From Lingula anatina (taxonomy: Eukaryota; Animalia; Brachiopoda): a DNA stretch of 64,000 bases. The notes below the pieces were generated by a model, which saw only the letters and a list, made by a program, of their open reading frames with translations, was not told the DNA's origin and did no database searches. Both the position numbers and the translations under genes were made by a program. Below are positions 13,133-25,262 of the stretch, one piece after another (within the stretch, counting starts at the first letter, position 1; every line of letters begins with the position of its first letter). The stretch lies in the NCBI GenBank assembly GCA_051362555.1, contig CM120647.1, positions 1,054,001 to 1,118,000 on the forward strand, read 5' to 3'.

Positions 13133-14976
13133 TTTATATTCTCCTACCGCACAAGGCGTATGCATACTTCCATTCAAACCCTTGTGAAGGGGAGCATTTT
13201 TTTCTGTACATCCCCTCCTCCCTACTTCATTTTGGTGGGGGCCCAGCCCCTCCCCCATTTTTGGTAGGGGACAGGGTCTGAGATCACCGTGTTTCTTTTT
13301 TTTTTTCAGGAAAAAGATTGATAAAGGAGGCTACTAGCCTTCTTTCAGATTCCACGTGAGACACTTTTGGAGCAAACATATGTTAAGCGAAGCGAAAAAC
13401 GGACAATTAACAATTATTTCATTTCTTCTTTGTTATCCTCAAAGGTGATCGGAAATTGAATTCGTGGAGCAAAATTGAACAAAATTGGTACTTGTGAATT
13501 TAGCACAAAAAATGATAAGATATCTTTCGTGTACTCTAAAACCAGGTGGGTGACCTGAATCCTCCGATGGTGTTATTTTATATTGAATAAAACACTGCAT
13601 TCCGCAAATTACGACACGGAAATTACGTTATGCACTCTTCGGCTCCCGGAGACAGGTCGTATTGGTATAATAGGTCTTTTCTTGTATTTAAGTCAACTTA
13701 GGTTCCCCACTAATTGGTAAGCTGTTGCTAGATCTGCTTTAGCCAGCTCCTTCCTAACCGGCTACATCGTGTCTACTTAGTGCTTTATTAAACGCAAAGC
13801 TGAACTGATCCCCCGGGACAAGTGCCGAGCAGGTCAATGACACAGCATCGAAAATTGCCTGGAAATGCAGCCATTACTTCGACTTCGATCTTTCCCGTCT
13901 TCCACGCAAGCACTTGTGTTTTAAAAGGAAGCGTCCATTAGTTTCATGCCTTGTCAACACACGATTTGGCTGCAGTAATAAAAGGACAACTATTTTGATG
14001 TACGTTTTTGAAAGACCGATCTATAAAAAGAAAGCATAGTAATTACAGTGTCAGATGGGCCGTCAGTTGATCTTTCCCTCAGGAATTGCAGCTAGATGAT
14101 TACAAGCGAGCTTTATTGACAATTAACTTTGCCATTCAAGGTTTGAACACCTGAAACTAAAATTACCGCATTATAAACATGAAGCATATGACAATAGATT
14201 GTCTAATTACCTCGATCCGAACGCATTACGGAAATGAATCGGCAAATGAAAGCGAGGCCAAGGTAGCAAGATACGAAGTTGAGGCTGAGTGTCAACATCT
14301 TGTAAGCCTAGACGTACCGCAAGAAATGTTTGACATTGGTGTTTCCAAATATATTATTTTTTTTATTTGCCTCTAAATAAACAGAAAAACGAGTAGAAGA
14401 AATTTAAGAGAACAACACATGTTGCATTGAATTTTTCACTTCTTCTCGAATCAATCAAAGAGCGCTCTTTGTGAAGGCCCAAATTTTTAGGCCACAGCAT
14501 TTCTTAACTACCAACATTTCTTAACTACCAACGACATAGTTGTTGGTTTTTAAAACAAATAGTAATTGACGTGACCGTAATTCTCACAGCGACCGGGTTG
14601 TTCAAAGGGCCAGCTTATCATAAGTTTCAAAATGATCCAGGGGCAGATTGGGTCTTCCGGAAGACGGTCATATTTTCCAGTTTACAATGACGGGCATCTA
14701 ATTTTTTTCTGTCGGAAGACGGTCATAAATGGAGGATAGATGAACAAAGATAATTTGGAAGACTGTCAAAATATATCTGTGGATTCTAGCTATGAGTGCG
14801 ATACTGATCAATAGCAATAAGTTTGCTATCAAGTTACCCGTCGTCTCTATCATTACACCACAGGTGATCTTATAACTACAGGCGATGTGTTCTGAACCAC
14901 TTAACGCTAACCATTACTTAGGTTATTTTTACTAGTTCGACATTCCAATTCACCTACTGAAAATTGAGTTCATATT

Positions 14977-14977
<1 letters not shown>

Positions 14978-15025
<48 letters not shown>
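14978..15025 (+). repeat. Poly(A) tract, about 48 nt
   Basis: Direct inspection. Confidence 0.9.
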
Positions 15026-15026
<1 letters not shown>

Positions 15027-15051
15027 GCATTTTGGTAAATGAAGACATATA

Positions 15052-16708
15052 CACGGTTACTACTTAATATGGAATATTATTTTTTGGCGAGTAAATTTTC
15101 CACAAAATATTTATTTTCTCTCTAACTACTTTAAATCTCAAACTGAAGTGTCACTCCATGTGTAGCCTGGTGTGTTACCTAATTACCACACAACTCTCAA
15201 AACAATTAATGCATGCAGTTGCATGTTCTGTGGTCAGAAATGTGAGGGGTGGTCTTTTCGGCAATTTCTGCCCTTGTATCAAAACGCATGGGTTTGGCCA
15301 ATCTTTTGGGTGTATTTAGAGAAGCTATGAAAGAATAGCTCTGAAACTTGACAGGTACCTTAGAGAAGATATGGTTCGACTGCTAAGCAATGCAGCTTTC
15401 TATGGGATTCTTGCTCTTAGAGAAAATGGACAGAAACGGACAGCCATTGACAGGCAATGCAACATTTATCAGGAAGCGTTAGTAAAGTCCTCCAAAGAAA
15501 TGCTACAGCAAAGGCACTTACTCCAATACCTCGACCAGGGTGTCCGCGTATCACACCAAGAAGACAGAATCGCCTTTTCTTTAGAGTGCGCCGTGCTGGT
15601 CGTACAAAGACAACCAGTGTCCTCAGAAAAGAGTGGCAGAATGTCATTCAAACGCCCGTTTCAAGGTCACTCGTGAACAAGAGATTACTGCAAAGCGGTT
15701 ATTTTGCACGAAAACCAGTAGGGAAACTACTGTTAACAGCAGGTCATATACAGCGACGTCTGCAATGGGCTGGGGACCACGTGCGTTTGCAGCCAAAACA
15801 CTGGAATCACGTCATTTTCGGTGATGAGGCCAGATATGGAGTTTTTAGGGTTGACGGTCGAATCCATGTCCGCCGACGTGTACGAGGGACATAAAACGAT
15901 GGTTGTGTACTGCCTAGGGTGCAAGCAGGGGGTCGTAACGTCTCTGTTTGGGGAGCATTTCATGTCGGTGCCCAGAACCAGTTGGTTTGTCTGAGAAGCA
16001 ACATCAACCAGGGTTCCTACAGAGACATTCTACAGCAAACAATGCTTCGATTTGTAAGAGTCTAATCAGGAACAACTTTGTGTACCAAGACGACTGCGCA
16101 ACCCCACATCGAGCTCGCAGAATCACTGTTTTTCATCGAAACCAATGGGTTCAGCAACTGCCCTGGCCTGCAAAGTCCCCAGATATGAACCCAAATGAAA
16201 ATCTGTGGGCGGAAGTAACTCACAGAATTAATAGCTATGGTCATCGGTCGGTAAATAGTGACGAACTGCGACAGGCAAATATCACTGCGTTTAATGATAT
16301 TCCCATCCAAACTAAAAAATTTGTCACAGGGTATGCCATGTAGGATGAGGGCGCTGCAAGCGGCTGCTGGAGGTCATACCCGCTGTTGATGACTTTTAAT
16401 GATTTGTTGTAATGAGTTCTTTGACTGTGTAACATATCACTGTCCGGAGGCTATCATTTTTTTAAATATCTTAGCTTAAAATTAATACTAACATCAAACT
16501 GTTGACATGGTTTTCTGGGGGTGTTCTTTTTTTTTTAATCATATCTTATGTCAGATTAGATATTATTGACCAAAATATCTCACAATAGGCGACTGGATAT
16601 TTTTATCACTCAATGACATACTTTTTTGATGAATCAAGCCAAAAAAATTTTAATCAGCACTCAAAAATAACAATGATAAAAAATATTCCATATTAAGTAG
16701 TAACCCTG
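15052..16708 (+). mobile_element. Tc1-family (DD34E) DNA transposon, full length, frameshifted transposase pseudogene
   Basis: TA|cacggttactacttaatatggaatatt ... aatattccatattaagtagtaaccctg|TA (27-bp TIR, 1 mismatch). Remnants PRPGCPRIT, FARKP, WNHVIFGDEARY (D1), YQDDCATPHRA (D2) and WPAKSPDMNPNENLW (E, 34 residues after D2), split across frames. Confidence 0.95.
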
Positions 16709-17797
16709 TATGTTCATTTGATAATTGCTTTCGTGGCGGCTAACTGTACGTGAAAGTGGAGAAATTACGTCATCACGATTTATCATCCATGCCCTCCCCC
16801 CCTCCCCCTCCCCCCGCCATGTCGTCTGCTGAAATAACAAAATGGAACCTTTGGTGTTTTCGTAATCATACTTCGGTTAGTGACTAAAATCGCACTACAT
16901 ACTAACTAAGATCTAATAATTATTAGATCTTAGATACTAACAAAGCCTTTTTCATCCTACTTTGTTGTTTGCTAAACCTATGTATTGTTCCGAATTTCAC
17001 GCCATCCCCTCCGCCCCCCCCCCACCCCCCTCTCCAACATTACTCACCCAGGACGTCTCGAGGCCTTTATTTTCGGCGTCGCAGCAGTGGGCGTTACGAC
17101 AGGTGCCTCTCTAATATACAGCGCAGCACGACATGGACGTTTGTCAACCAAACCGCTGAACGAAGGACTGAACGATGTAAACCAAATCTCCAGCTATCTC
17201 ACTACGACAGAATCTTTGAATTTAGACGGAGAAATAATGACGGTGAAGCGATCAAGATATTTAATTCATGCCTTGGTAACGTCATTCATTCTGATTCGGC
17301 TCTCGAGTTCCTGATTTGGTTCAGAGTGCACTGCTTTGTTGTCGACCTCAGGAAAAAAATTGAGATGTATCGGTGGATTTCTTGACCATTTCCTGCCGCT
17401 AACTCGATTCTATGCATTATTTGATGGACAGAGGCTGACAAAATGTATTCAATTTGCAGGTGTTCCAGTTACTCGACCGAGACGACAAATCATAGTTTGC
17501 TGATAGCGAATTAGGAATCGATAATCTGTTCTGAGAGATGTTCTTTATGAAACGCGCGGCTATTGCTAAGCTTACTTTTAACAATTCTCTGTTTTGACGG
17601 TAACCGAGCCTTTGACGTCACATAAAGAGTGTGAGAAAGACCAGAGGTGCAAATTGAGTATCTCTGTATTAATTCTGTTTGAAAAAAGGTTAACACTCAA
17701 GTATTCTGTCAATCTCGTCATTTTGGTGAAAAATATAACTGGAATCTTATGAATTACATGTATGTCACTGAAATAGGATTGCACAAACCCTCACTTC

Positions 17798-17836
<39 letters not shown>

Positions 17837-17904
17837 TTTGTGGGTATTGTCTCGGGTCTTCTGCTCGGGGCGGTGAGAGTCAGGTTAATTTTTTGGCCAT
17901 TTAA

Positions 17905-18238
17905 AGGGATAATAACTCTTCGTATGAGGTCTATATTTCACAATAAAAACATTGTGAATAACTCCTAGAAATGTAATATATTCTGTTTTACGACGAAAAC
18001 AGCGGTTACAGCTATTATTCTGATCTGAGCTTGTCTTCAGACCACGTGACCTCGATGGATGGGTATACTCTGTTATAATCTCTTAAGAGATTTTAACAAA
18101 AGCCAAACTTTTAAGAAAAAAAACAGGGACTAACTTTGAATGTAAAAATGGATTCATTAACCATTGGTAAGTATGGGAAAAATATTGTTTACTCCAGGAA
18201 AATTCATTTTTTGGCCAGAACAAAGAGTTATTATCCCT
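17905..18238. mobile_element. TTAA-target MITE (Kolobok/T2-like), copy 2
   Basis: TTAA|agggataataactctt ... aagagttattatccct|TTAA. Confidence 0.88.
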
Positions 18239-18906
18239 TTAACTTTGAAATGACGGGGAATGTTCAATTTTACGGGGAAACAAGGTGTACGCGTTAACGG
18301 TAATATGAAAACGGACATAATACTCAATATCAGAATTTCTCAGTGTTTCCTAACGTTTTCAAGAAAAATTAAAATCACAATCACCCTGCTCATTTGCTTT
18401 AACAAATAAAAAAATTAAAAAAAAAAACAATTTACTTAAGATAATTGTTATTATATCTGCAGAATGTTTGTCACGAATATCATATCCTATTCATTGCTGT
18501 TATTATTGATAAACAATATTTTCAAAGAAGATGAAGCATCATTGGTGTTCTGTAGGATTGCTGAAAACTGTTGCTGCAAATTTGCATCCTATTTGCAAGG
18601 GGAAATTTACCATGCAAACGTATAAAGTATTTTATTAACTCTCAACATATTTCCTACAAACTTCGCGCACACTTAATAAGCACGATAAAGAGGAACCCAC
18701 GGCAAATTGAGTTTCAGATTTTCCGGCAAACTCACAAGAACCGTTATTGCCAATTTGCTGCAAACTCACAAAACGTGTAGTACATACAATATCGTGCTGT
18801 TCATCTTGAAAATATGTCCATCTGAGACAAGAAGCTCTACCTTAAATAGTCTCTACCTCTACCTCTACTCTGTTACTGAGTGATATTTGACAACCCATGC
18901 AGGTCG

Positions 18907-19133
18907 AAGGTGAATTCCCAGAGATTTAGATCGATCCAGAGATTAAGATTTAGATCGACCTAACTCCCTAGGGGTTCACGCTAAATTGCAGTCAACCGGG
19001 CGTGCACCTTAGTTAATTACCCCCTTACAGCTTTCAGAAGGCGGGACAGACGCTTAAGCCGGCTAAGCTGACAGTAATCTTGTGAGACTCCCCACAGGGA
19101 TAGATCGATCTAAAATCTATGGAAATGGGGTCC
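18907..19133. mobile_element. Harbinger/Tourist-like MITE (family A)
   Basis: Closely matches the reverse complement of 51321-51548; tagatcgatc repeats near both ends. Confidence 0.8.
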
Positions 19134-19999
19134 AAGTCTCATACATTCGGGCATCCCTTTGGTGAACTGGCTATCACTTTTGAATGGTCAACCACTACCT
19201 ACTGATATAAATAAGCAACAACTTTCGAATCTAGTTTGCTTTTTCGTAAGTTTGCTTTTGCGATTTCATAATTTTCATTTACTTAAACTGATATGCACAA
19301 AACTCACTTACATAAAATGGAATGCAGAAAAAAGAGACATTTGTTTATGTTTAGAAAAATTGAAAATGAAAAAATGATAGTATTTGCCTGATTAAAAATG
19401 GCATGTAAGGGCAAATTTGCAAAATTTGTTTCAATGGCATTTATTAATCAAGATCACCTCACATAAGTAAGCTTCCTGAATCTTGTAATGTGAAAGCCAT
19501 TTTTCTGTATTCTTTCTTATTATTCAGCAAAAGTTTCAAGAAATACATAAATACCTCACATAGAAAATTCAAAAGCAGAGAGAATTTTCCTGGAGTACTT
19601 GTCCTAAAATCACCTATGCTATGAACGGTTTTGGATATAGTGAATTTTGGCGATAAAGGGTGAACGTGTTGAAATTTCATGGAAATAAATATGTTATATA
19701 AAGATATCGTGCTCACCATTTGCTTTAAGTCACAGCTAGCTCCATGTATCGCTTCCTGAAAATTACAGAGCCGCCACCATGCTAAACCTGCTGAACGACA
19801 AATGTGGAAAATACTGGTATATCCCATATTAAGTATACCCTGTGAATGCAATGATTTAGAGGCATTCTTAATCATTTGCTTAACGTGTAAAACTGATTTT
19901 AACTGCGCTTTCTTAAACGGAAACTAGGCCCGCTGACGTCATCAAGCGACTGCATGACATAGGGACCTGAGTGTCGACCCAAAGCATGCTTAAGGCATC

Positions 20000-20253
20000 T
20001 AAGAATGGGTTCCCATGCCTAGATCGATCCATCTGGATCGGTCGAACTCCCTGAAGAGTCTCACTAAATTGCTATCAACTTAATCGACTTAAATGTCTGT
20101 CACACCTACCGAATCAGCTAGGGGGTAAAGATAATTACCCCCTAACAACTTTACTAGGCGTGACAGACATTTAAGCCGGCTAAGTTTATAGCAACTTAGT
20201 GAGACTCCCCAAGGAGATAGATCAATCCAAATATCAGTGGGAATGGTCTCTAA
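20000..20253. mobile_element. Harbinger/Tourist-like MITE (family A)
   Basis: taa-flanked, fold-back halves about gggggtaaagataattaccccc. Confidence 0.75.
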
Positions 20254-20488
20254 ATGTCGTGAAGAACAGGCAAGAAGGGAAGAATATAGGACGCCATGAA
20301 ACTCATGCAGTTGCCGTGTTTTATCTGGATTACGCAGGCCGTGAAAATGAAATACATAGGTTGTAAACTTGGAAAAGATAAAGTGACCACATTTGTACTT
20401 TTACTTGCCTTTCAGGTTGGACAACAATAAGAAATAAAAAACTCACAAACTGTTGCAGGATGTCAACTCTCTCAACAGACTAAGGGAT

Positions 20489-20668
20489 TTAGACTGGGTT
20501 CCCATACCTAGATCGATCTAACAGGATCGATCCATCTCCAAGGAGTGTATCGCTAAATTGCTTTCAGCTAAAGCGGCTAAGATGTCCTTCACGCCCACTG
20601 AAGCTGTTAAGCGATAATTGATTACCCCCTAGCAGTTATATCAAACTAGGCATTGGAACCCAGTCTAA
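20489..20668. mobile_element. Harbinger/Tourist-like MITE (family A, internally deleted)
   Basis: ttagactgggttccc ... ggaacccagtctaa termini. Confidence 0.75.
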
Positions 20669-20971
20669 GAGCCCATTAACAATTAAACGATTATTCTACG
20701 TTGATTGATCCAACTCTGAGAGACTCTCGCTGAATCAGATGAAAAGATCTCCCCAAAAGCTAGAGATTAAACAAGATGGCTGAGACTAAAAGGGGGCGCA
20801 CTCTAAACGAAGCATAAAAGCTTTCAGAAGCTGACCACCCAAGAAAGTCTATCATCCCTTAGCTGCTCGAGGAGGCGTGTCATTCAGTTAAACTGATTGC
20901 AATCAGCAAAAGTACCCAGGGAGTTGGATCAATCGACGTAGAACGATAGTTTCAATGGGATCGTGCCCTTA
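20666..20971. mobile_element. Harbinger/Tourist-like MITE (family B)
   Basis: ttctacgttgattgatccaactc / gagttggatcaatcgacgtagaa inverted pair; ends in ccctta. Confidence 0.6.
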
Positions 20972-21189
20972 CACCTGTAGGTAAGTGAAGCCGATGACGT
21001 AAATTAGGCGGTATAATATCACGACGTCTTTTTACAGGTGGAGTATTGCTCAACTCTGACCCGTAGAAACATAACCTGAGAACATATTGTAGCAAATTAC
21101 TTCCAATACAGAGTTAAAAATACAGACTTAAAAAACATGATGCAGATGTTTTATAGCCATTATTTACCAGTTCTTGACAGGTGAACGTG

Positions 21190-21381
21190 TAAGGGTCCAT
21201 TTCCACTGAAACAATCGGTCTACGAATATCGACCCAACATGCTCCTATGATCAGCAGCTTTTCAGTATTATGCTCAACGCCAGGGGGAGCCGTAGTCTGC
21301 AAATCTGACTGCATTCAGCAAGAGTCTCCGCGGAGTTGGATCCATTTACGTAGACCGATAGCGTCACTGGGGATTAGCCCA
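21190..21381. mobile_element. Harbinger/Tourist-like MITE (family B)
   Basis: taagggtccatt ... ggggattagccc; atcggtctacg / cgtagaccgat inverted pair. Confidence 0.55.
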
Positions 21382-21780
21382 TGACCACGGCTAAACTTTT
21401 CCCAAAACGCTGGACTTCTAAGAGAAAAGAATCCACAAAATGTGCAAAATAACGCGCATATACTTTTAAACTCCTGTCCTCTTTCACCTGTCGACTTCAT
21501 ATAGCGTTCTACTTAAGACAGTGACCGCTGGTCATTTATAAAATAATTAACAATCAGTATGTGATAGGTTTGTACGCAGAGTAAGGAAATAATTAATGTT
21601 TGAATTATTTGCAGTGAAGCAATACCATATAAACAGGCTGGAATATGTATACACAGTTTCAACTGACAGAAAATGATCATTAACGCCAACACATGCACAA
21701 ACGTGAACGAGACTTCACAGTTTCACGTACGGTCTACCAGCGATGCCCCTGCTCTGCTGCAGTCATGGCGTTTTACTTAC

Positions 21781-21915
21781 CTTGTTATTGGACCTGAGGA
21801 GATTTTACAGTGTGAGAAGAACTGGGTGATCAACAAACCAAATCTTCATACTTCTGTGCTGGTAGAATCTCGTGCAAGAAGCAGTTAAGTGTCGACCGTA
21901 ATAATATATATTCAT
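21781..21915 (-). promoter_or_regulatory. Candidate TATA-type promoter and non-coding first exon (minus strand), possibly a distal GPCR exon
   Basis: TATA-like aatatatatt near 21903-21912 and a perfect donor AAG|GTAAGT at 21781/21780. Confidence 0.35.
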
Positions 21916-24192
21916 GCACAACGTTTGTTTAAGCCACACAGGTGAACGTGTTAACCGCGATCAATTAATCACACAAGAATGATTTTTGATTTCAGCGAAT
22001 GGATTAGTTGTGGAGATACGCGGTCTGCGGCATGCGACCTTCTGATACCAGAGAGGGCAGTCTTAGTGTCATCAACGGTAAAAAAAAAAAAATTAAAATA
22101 AATAAATAAATAAAAAGAAGGGGAGGGGGAGGTATAGATACATTCCGTTACTCGTAATTTATTTTAAATTGCCCTGTACTCAAATATGTGAGTCTTCTCT
22201 CTCCTCTCCTCTCACCATCACCTCTCACACACACACTCGCGCACACACACATGCATGCACAAACACACGCACACACTATTCCTGTCGCAATCATCATCAT
22301 CGGAATATTCTAATCTCAAAAGTCAAATCATAAAAAGATCATAAGAAATACTAAATCGACCCACCATCTGCTGGGCCATCACAGATGACGGATTGGATTG
22401 GTGCCATAATGACACATTTCCGGGCTCCGTAAGGGAAATAAATCTTCCCAAGATCGTAATCATCACCATCCTTTTGTAACTTTCTAGGAAATACAGAGTA
22501 GGTCACCTTAGATAAATGTAGACATTTATTACCGCAAAGATGGAAAAAACTATTCCATGCCTGCCATCACGGATAGCAAAGAGCGGGAAATTTCGAATTT
22601 TTAAAAGTTCTGGAGTATAATATTTTTCTTTCTATTAAAAATGATAATGATTGATTTTATGAATATTATAATAATTATCATTGTTATCTGCTGATTGTTA
22701 TAGCAACTATATTCCAATGACATTTGTGGAAATCTTAACCATATAATGCCATATTTGTGAGTGCTTTGTACATTTGTATCCCAAAGAATGTGAAACCCTG
22801 TAATGTGATGAAATAAAAAAATATTTATTTATTTACATGACATGTGAATATTCATATAAAAGTATAAAAATCACCCGGTGTAATAGTAATGGTAGTCCGC
22901 TAGGAACCGTAGTCCGTTCCCCATTACTTTGTACAGGTGACATTCGTCTCATATACTTTTATGGTACATACATACCCACATACATTTATTTATGGTACAT
23001 TGGACTCTTAGACTTTAATTACCTTTAACTAAAACCGTCGTGCTATATCCTTAGTTTTATTTGCAATTTTAATTGAATTTAAAAATCCAGCAGTATTTTC
23101 GATAACTCTTCTCTATCATCACAATTACAATCCAATACAGCTAAGAATGTATTGCCATCTAAGAGCACATTTTTCAGAGGATATTTTGGTAGAACATTGT
23201 CGGTAATACATTCTGCCTCTGAGTCTTGTCAATAATATCTTCTCTCCCCGGCAGTAATTACATTTCCCGAGCGGAGGTCTACCCCCTAGGGGGCGCTCCC
23301 TAGATTATCATGTACAACTCAGCATGGGCTGCGACACTGGTATTATTAATGACAGATAATAGAATTATAAGGTGAACCTCAGATATGAATTATTTCTAAG
23401 GTAATTTGCGAAAAGATGGGTTTCAAGTTAGCGGAATTTTTTAACAAAGTATAGAGATGATGATTTTCTAATTCGGCTAAGCAGTACTAGACGCTCTTTT
23501 TCAGTGAAAAATAAAATTGTTTCAGTAGAGTTAATTAATTGCTGAATTACGTGTCAGTGTCGTATGTTGAGAAAAATAATTATTATATGGGGGTGTTGAA
23601 GGATTGCACAATATGGAAGCACGTTATTGAACAGCCAGTGATACTGAGCTAGATTCTGACTGGTGAAGACAAATGTGAGAGATTTCTGATGAACTTGGAC
23701 AAAGGAAAAGGTAACCAGTATCTAAGGACCCCCACCCCTCTCCAATATTTTTTTTACTATAATACTATTGGTGGGTACCTGCAAACTACCCCCCCCCCCT
23801 ACAGTCCAGTTTCTTGTAGTTTTTGCCGAAATATAATGATCACAATAAATCAGCGTAAAGTCTCATAGTGAAAGACACAGATCGGCCAATTTCACTCTCA
23901 GCGGTAAAGACTATAAATACAGAACTTAATTGAAAAGGGATAATAGGTTGTAATTTACTCAAGTTCTCACTTACAACTAGTTCTAAAACGATATAAAAGA
24001 TGCAGGTTTTACTTATTCTGGTGAAGATTGCATTGAAAGGGGGATTTTATGATCTTTAACTCTCTGACCTCTAGTTCAGTTTTAATCTTTTTTTTTCACG
24101 CTTGGCCTTAGATGTCGTTTTCCTCAATCATTTTTCCCTTGTGATCTGAGATGCCGTTTTCCGCCATTTTGCATCTGTCCTGTAGAGCTTTA

Positions 24193-25193
24193 GGCCGTAA
24201 TCTGAAGCCTGAGATATGTTGTTTAACTCCCACATCACGCGGATCAATTCATAACTTATATAAAAGAGTATTTTGCCACCGGAATCCGCGTATCGCCTCT
24301 CTGATCCTCTAGTTATCTTTGCTAATAAAAGACAAATACCGGTACCAAGACTCAGCGATCACAAGAGATAGTCCTGAATTTAACATACTTATAAAAAAAA
24401 TCAACATCAACATGTATGATGATTAGAATAATTAAGGTATTTTGCTGTGACTTAATTTTTACAATGAGATTTAAATACGAATGGAACTCCCAGTACTTGT
24501 AATATATTCTCTTTTCTGTATATGAACATGTATCATTAAGATAAACTCCCAAGTACGTACACATATGTTTGTCCTAATTGAATCTTTTATGTGGTTTACT
24601 TATAAATATTAAATGAATTTAGCATGAAAATGTTAGAGTAAAACTTCAGTATAGAATTATTACATAGAATTATTGCCCCATTGTTTTGGTCCATTTAATA
24701 CCATATTTTTATTTTATAATAAAATCTTTTTAACAAAGCGTCTGTTTTATCTTATTAAATTATTTATAAGCATATTATTCTAAAAGAATCATTTTAAATA
24801 GAACGTTCACTGTCATCCCATCGGTGATTGTTATGCAATGAACGTTGGATTTACTATCGTAGTAAAACGTGAGACTAGTGACCCAGATTATGCATTGGGT
24901 GAAATTAGGTCACAGTTTGATTCATGCATATGCAGATTACGTCCAATTGCGTCCTATGATTGGACAATGCGTCCTAAGCACCACCATGTTTTACCCTACG
25001 CGTTGTATCCATGCATTACTTAGTGCGGGTGATTTGAAACTGAACACCGTTTTCTTGTGCAGGTTTTGTGTAAGGAACTCCGCGGATTCCGGTGGCAAAA
25101 TACTCCATTATATTAGTTCTGAATTTACCTTCCATCCGCGTGATGTGGGAGTTAAACAACATCTTTCAAACTTCAGCCTATCAGATTACGACC
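24193..25193. mobile_element. 1.0-kb non-autonomous TIR element with TA TSD
   Basis: TA|ggccgtaatctga ... tcagattacgacc|TA. About 100-bp imperfect inverted ends (gtttaactcccacatcacgcgga; gagtattttgccaccggaatccgcg). AT-rich non-coding core. Confidence 0.85.
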
Positions 25194-25262
25194 TACTTGC
25201 ATCAACCGCCTCGTGGAGGACATGAACGCGTTCAGTGATGGGAACATTTTAATCGTTTAATT

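Noticed and set aside
19459-19875. 138-aa minus-strand ORF
   Set aside because: No recognisable domain or supporting splice signals.
24124-24170. Minus-strand AAAATGGCG start suggesting a divergent gene
   Set aside because: The frame closes after 14 codons with no convincing donor; better read as a YY1-type motif.
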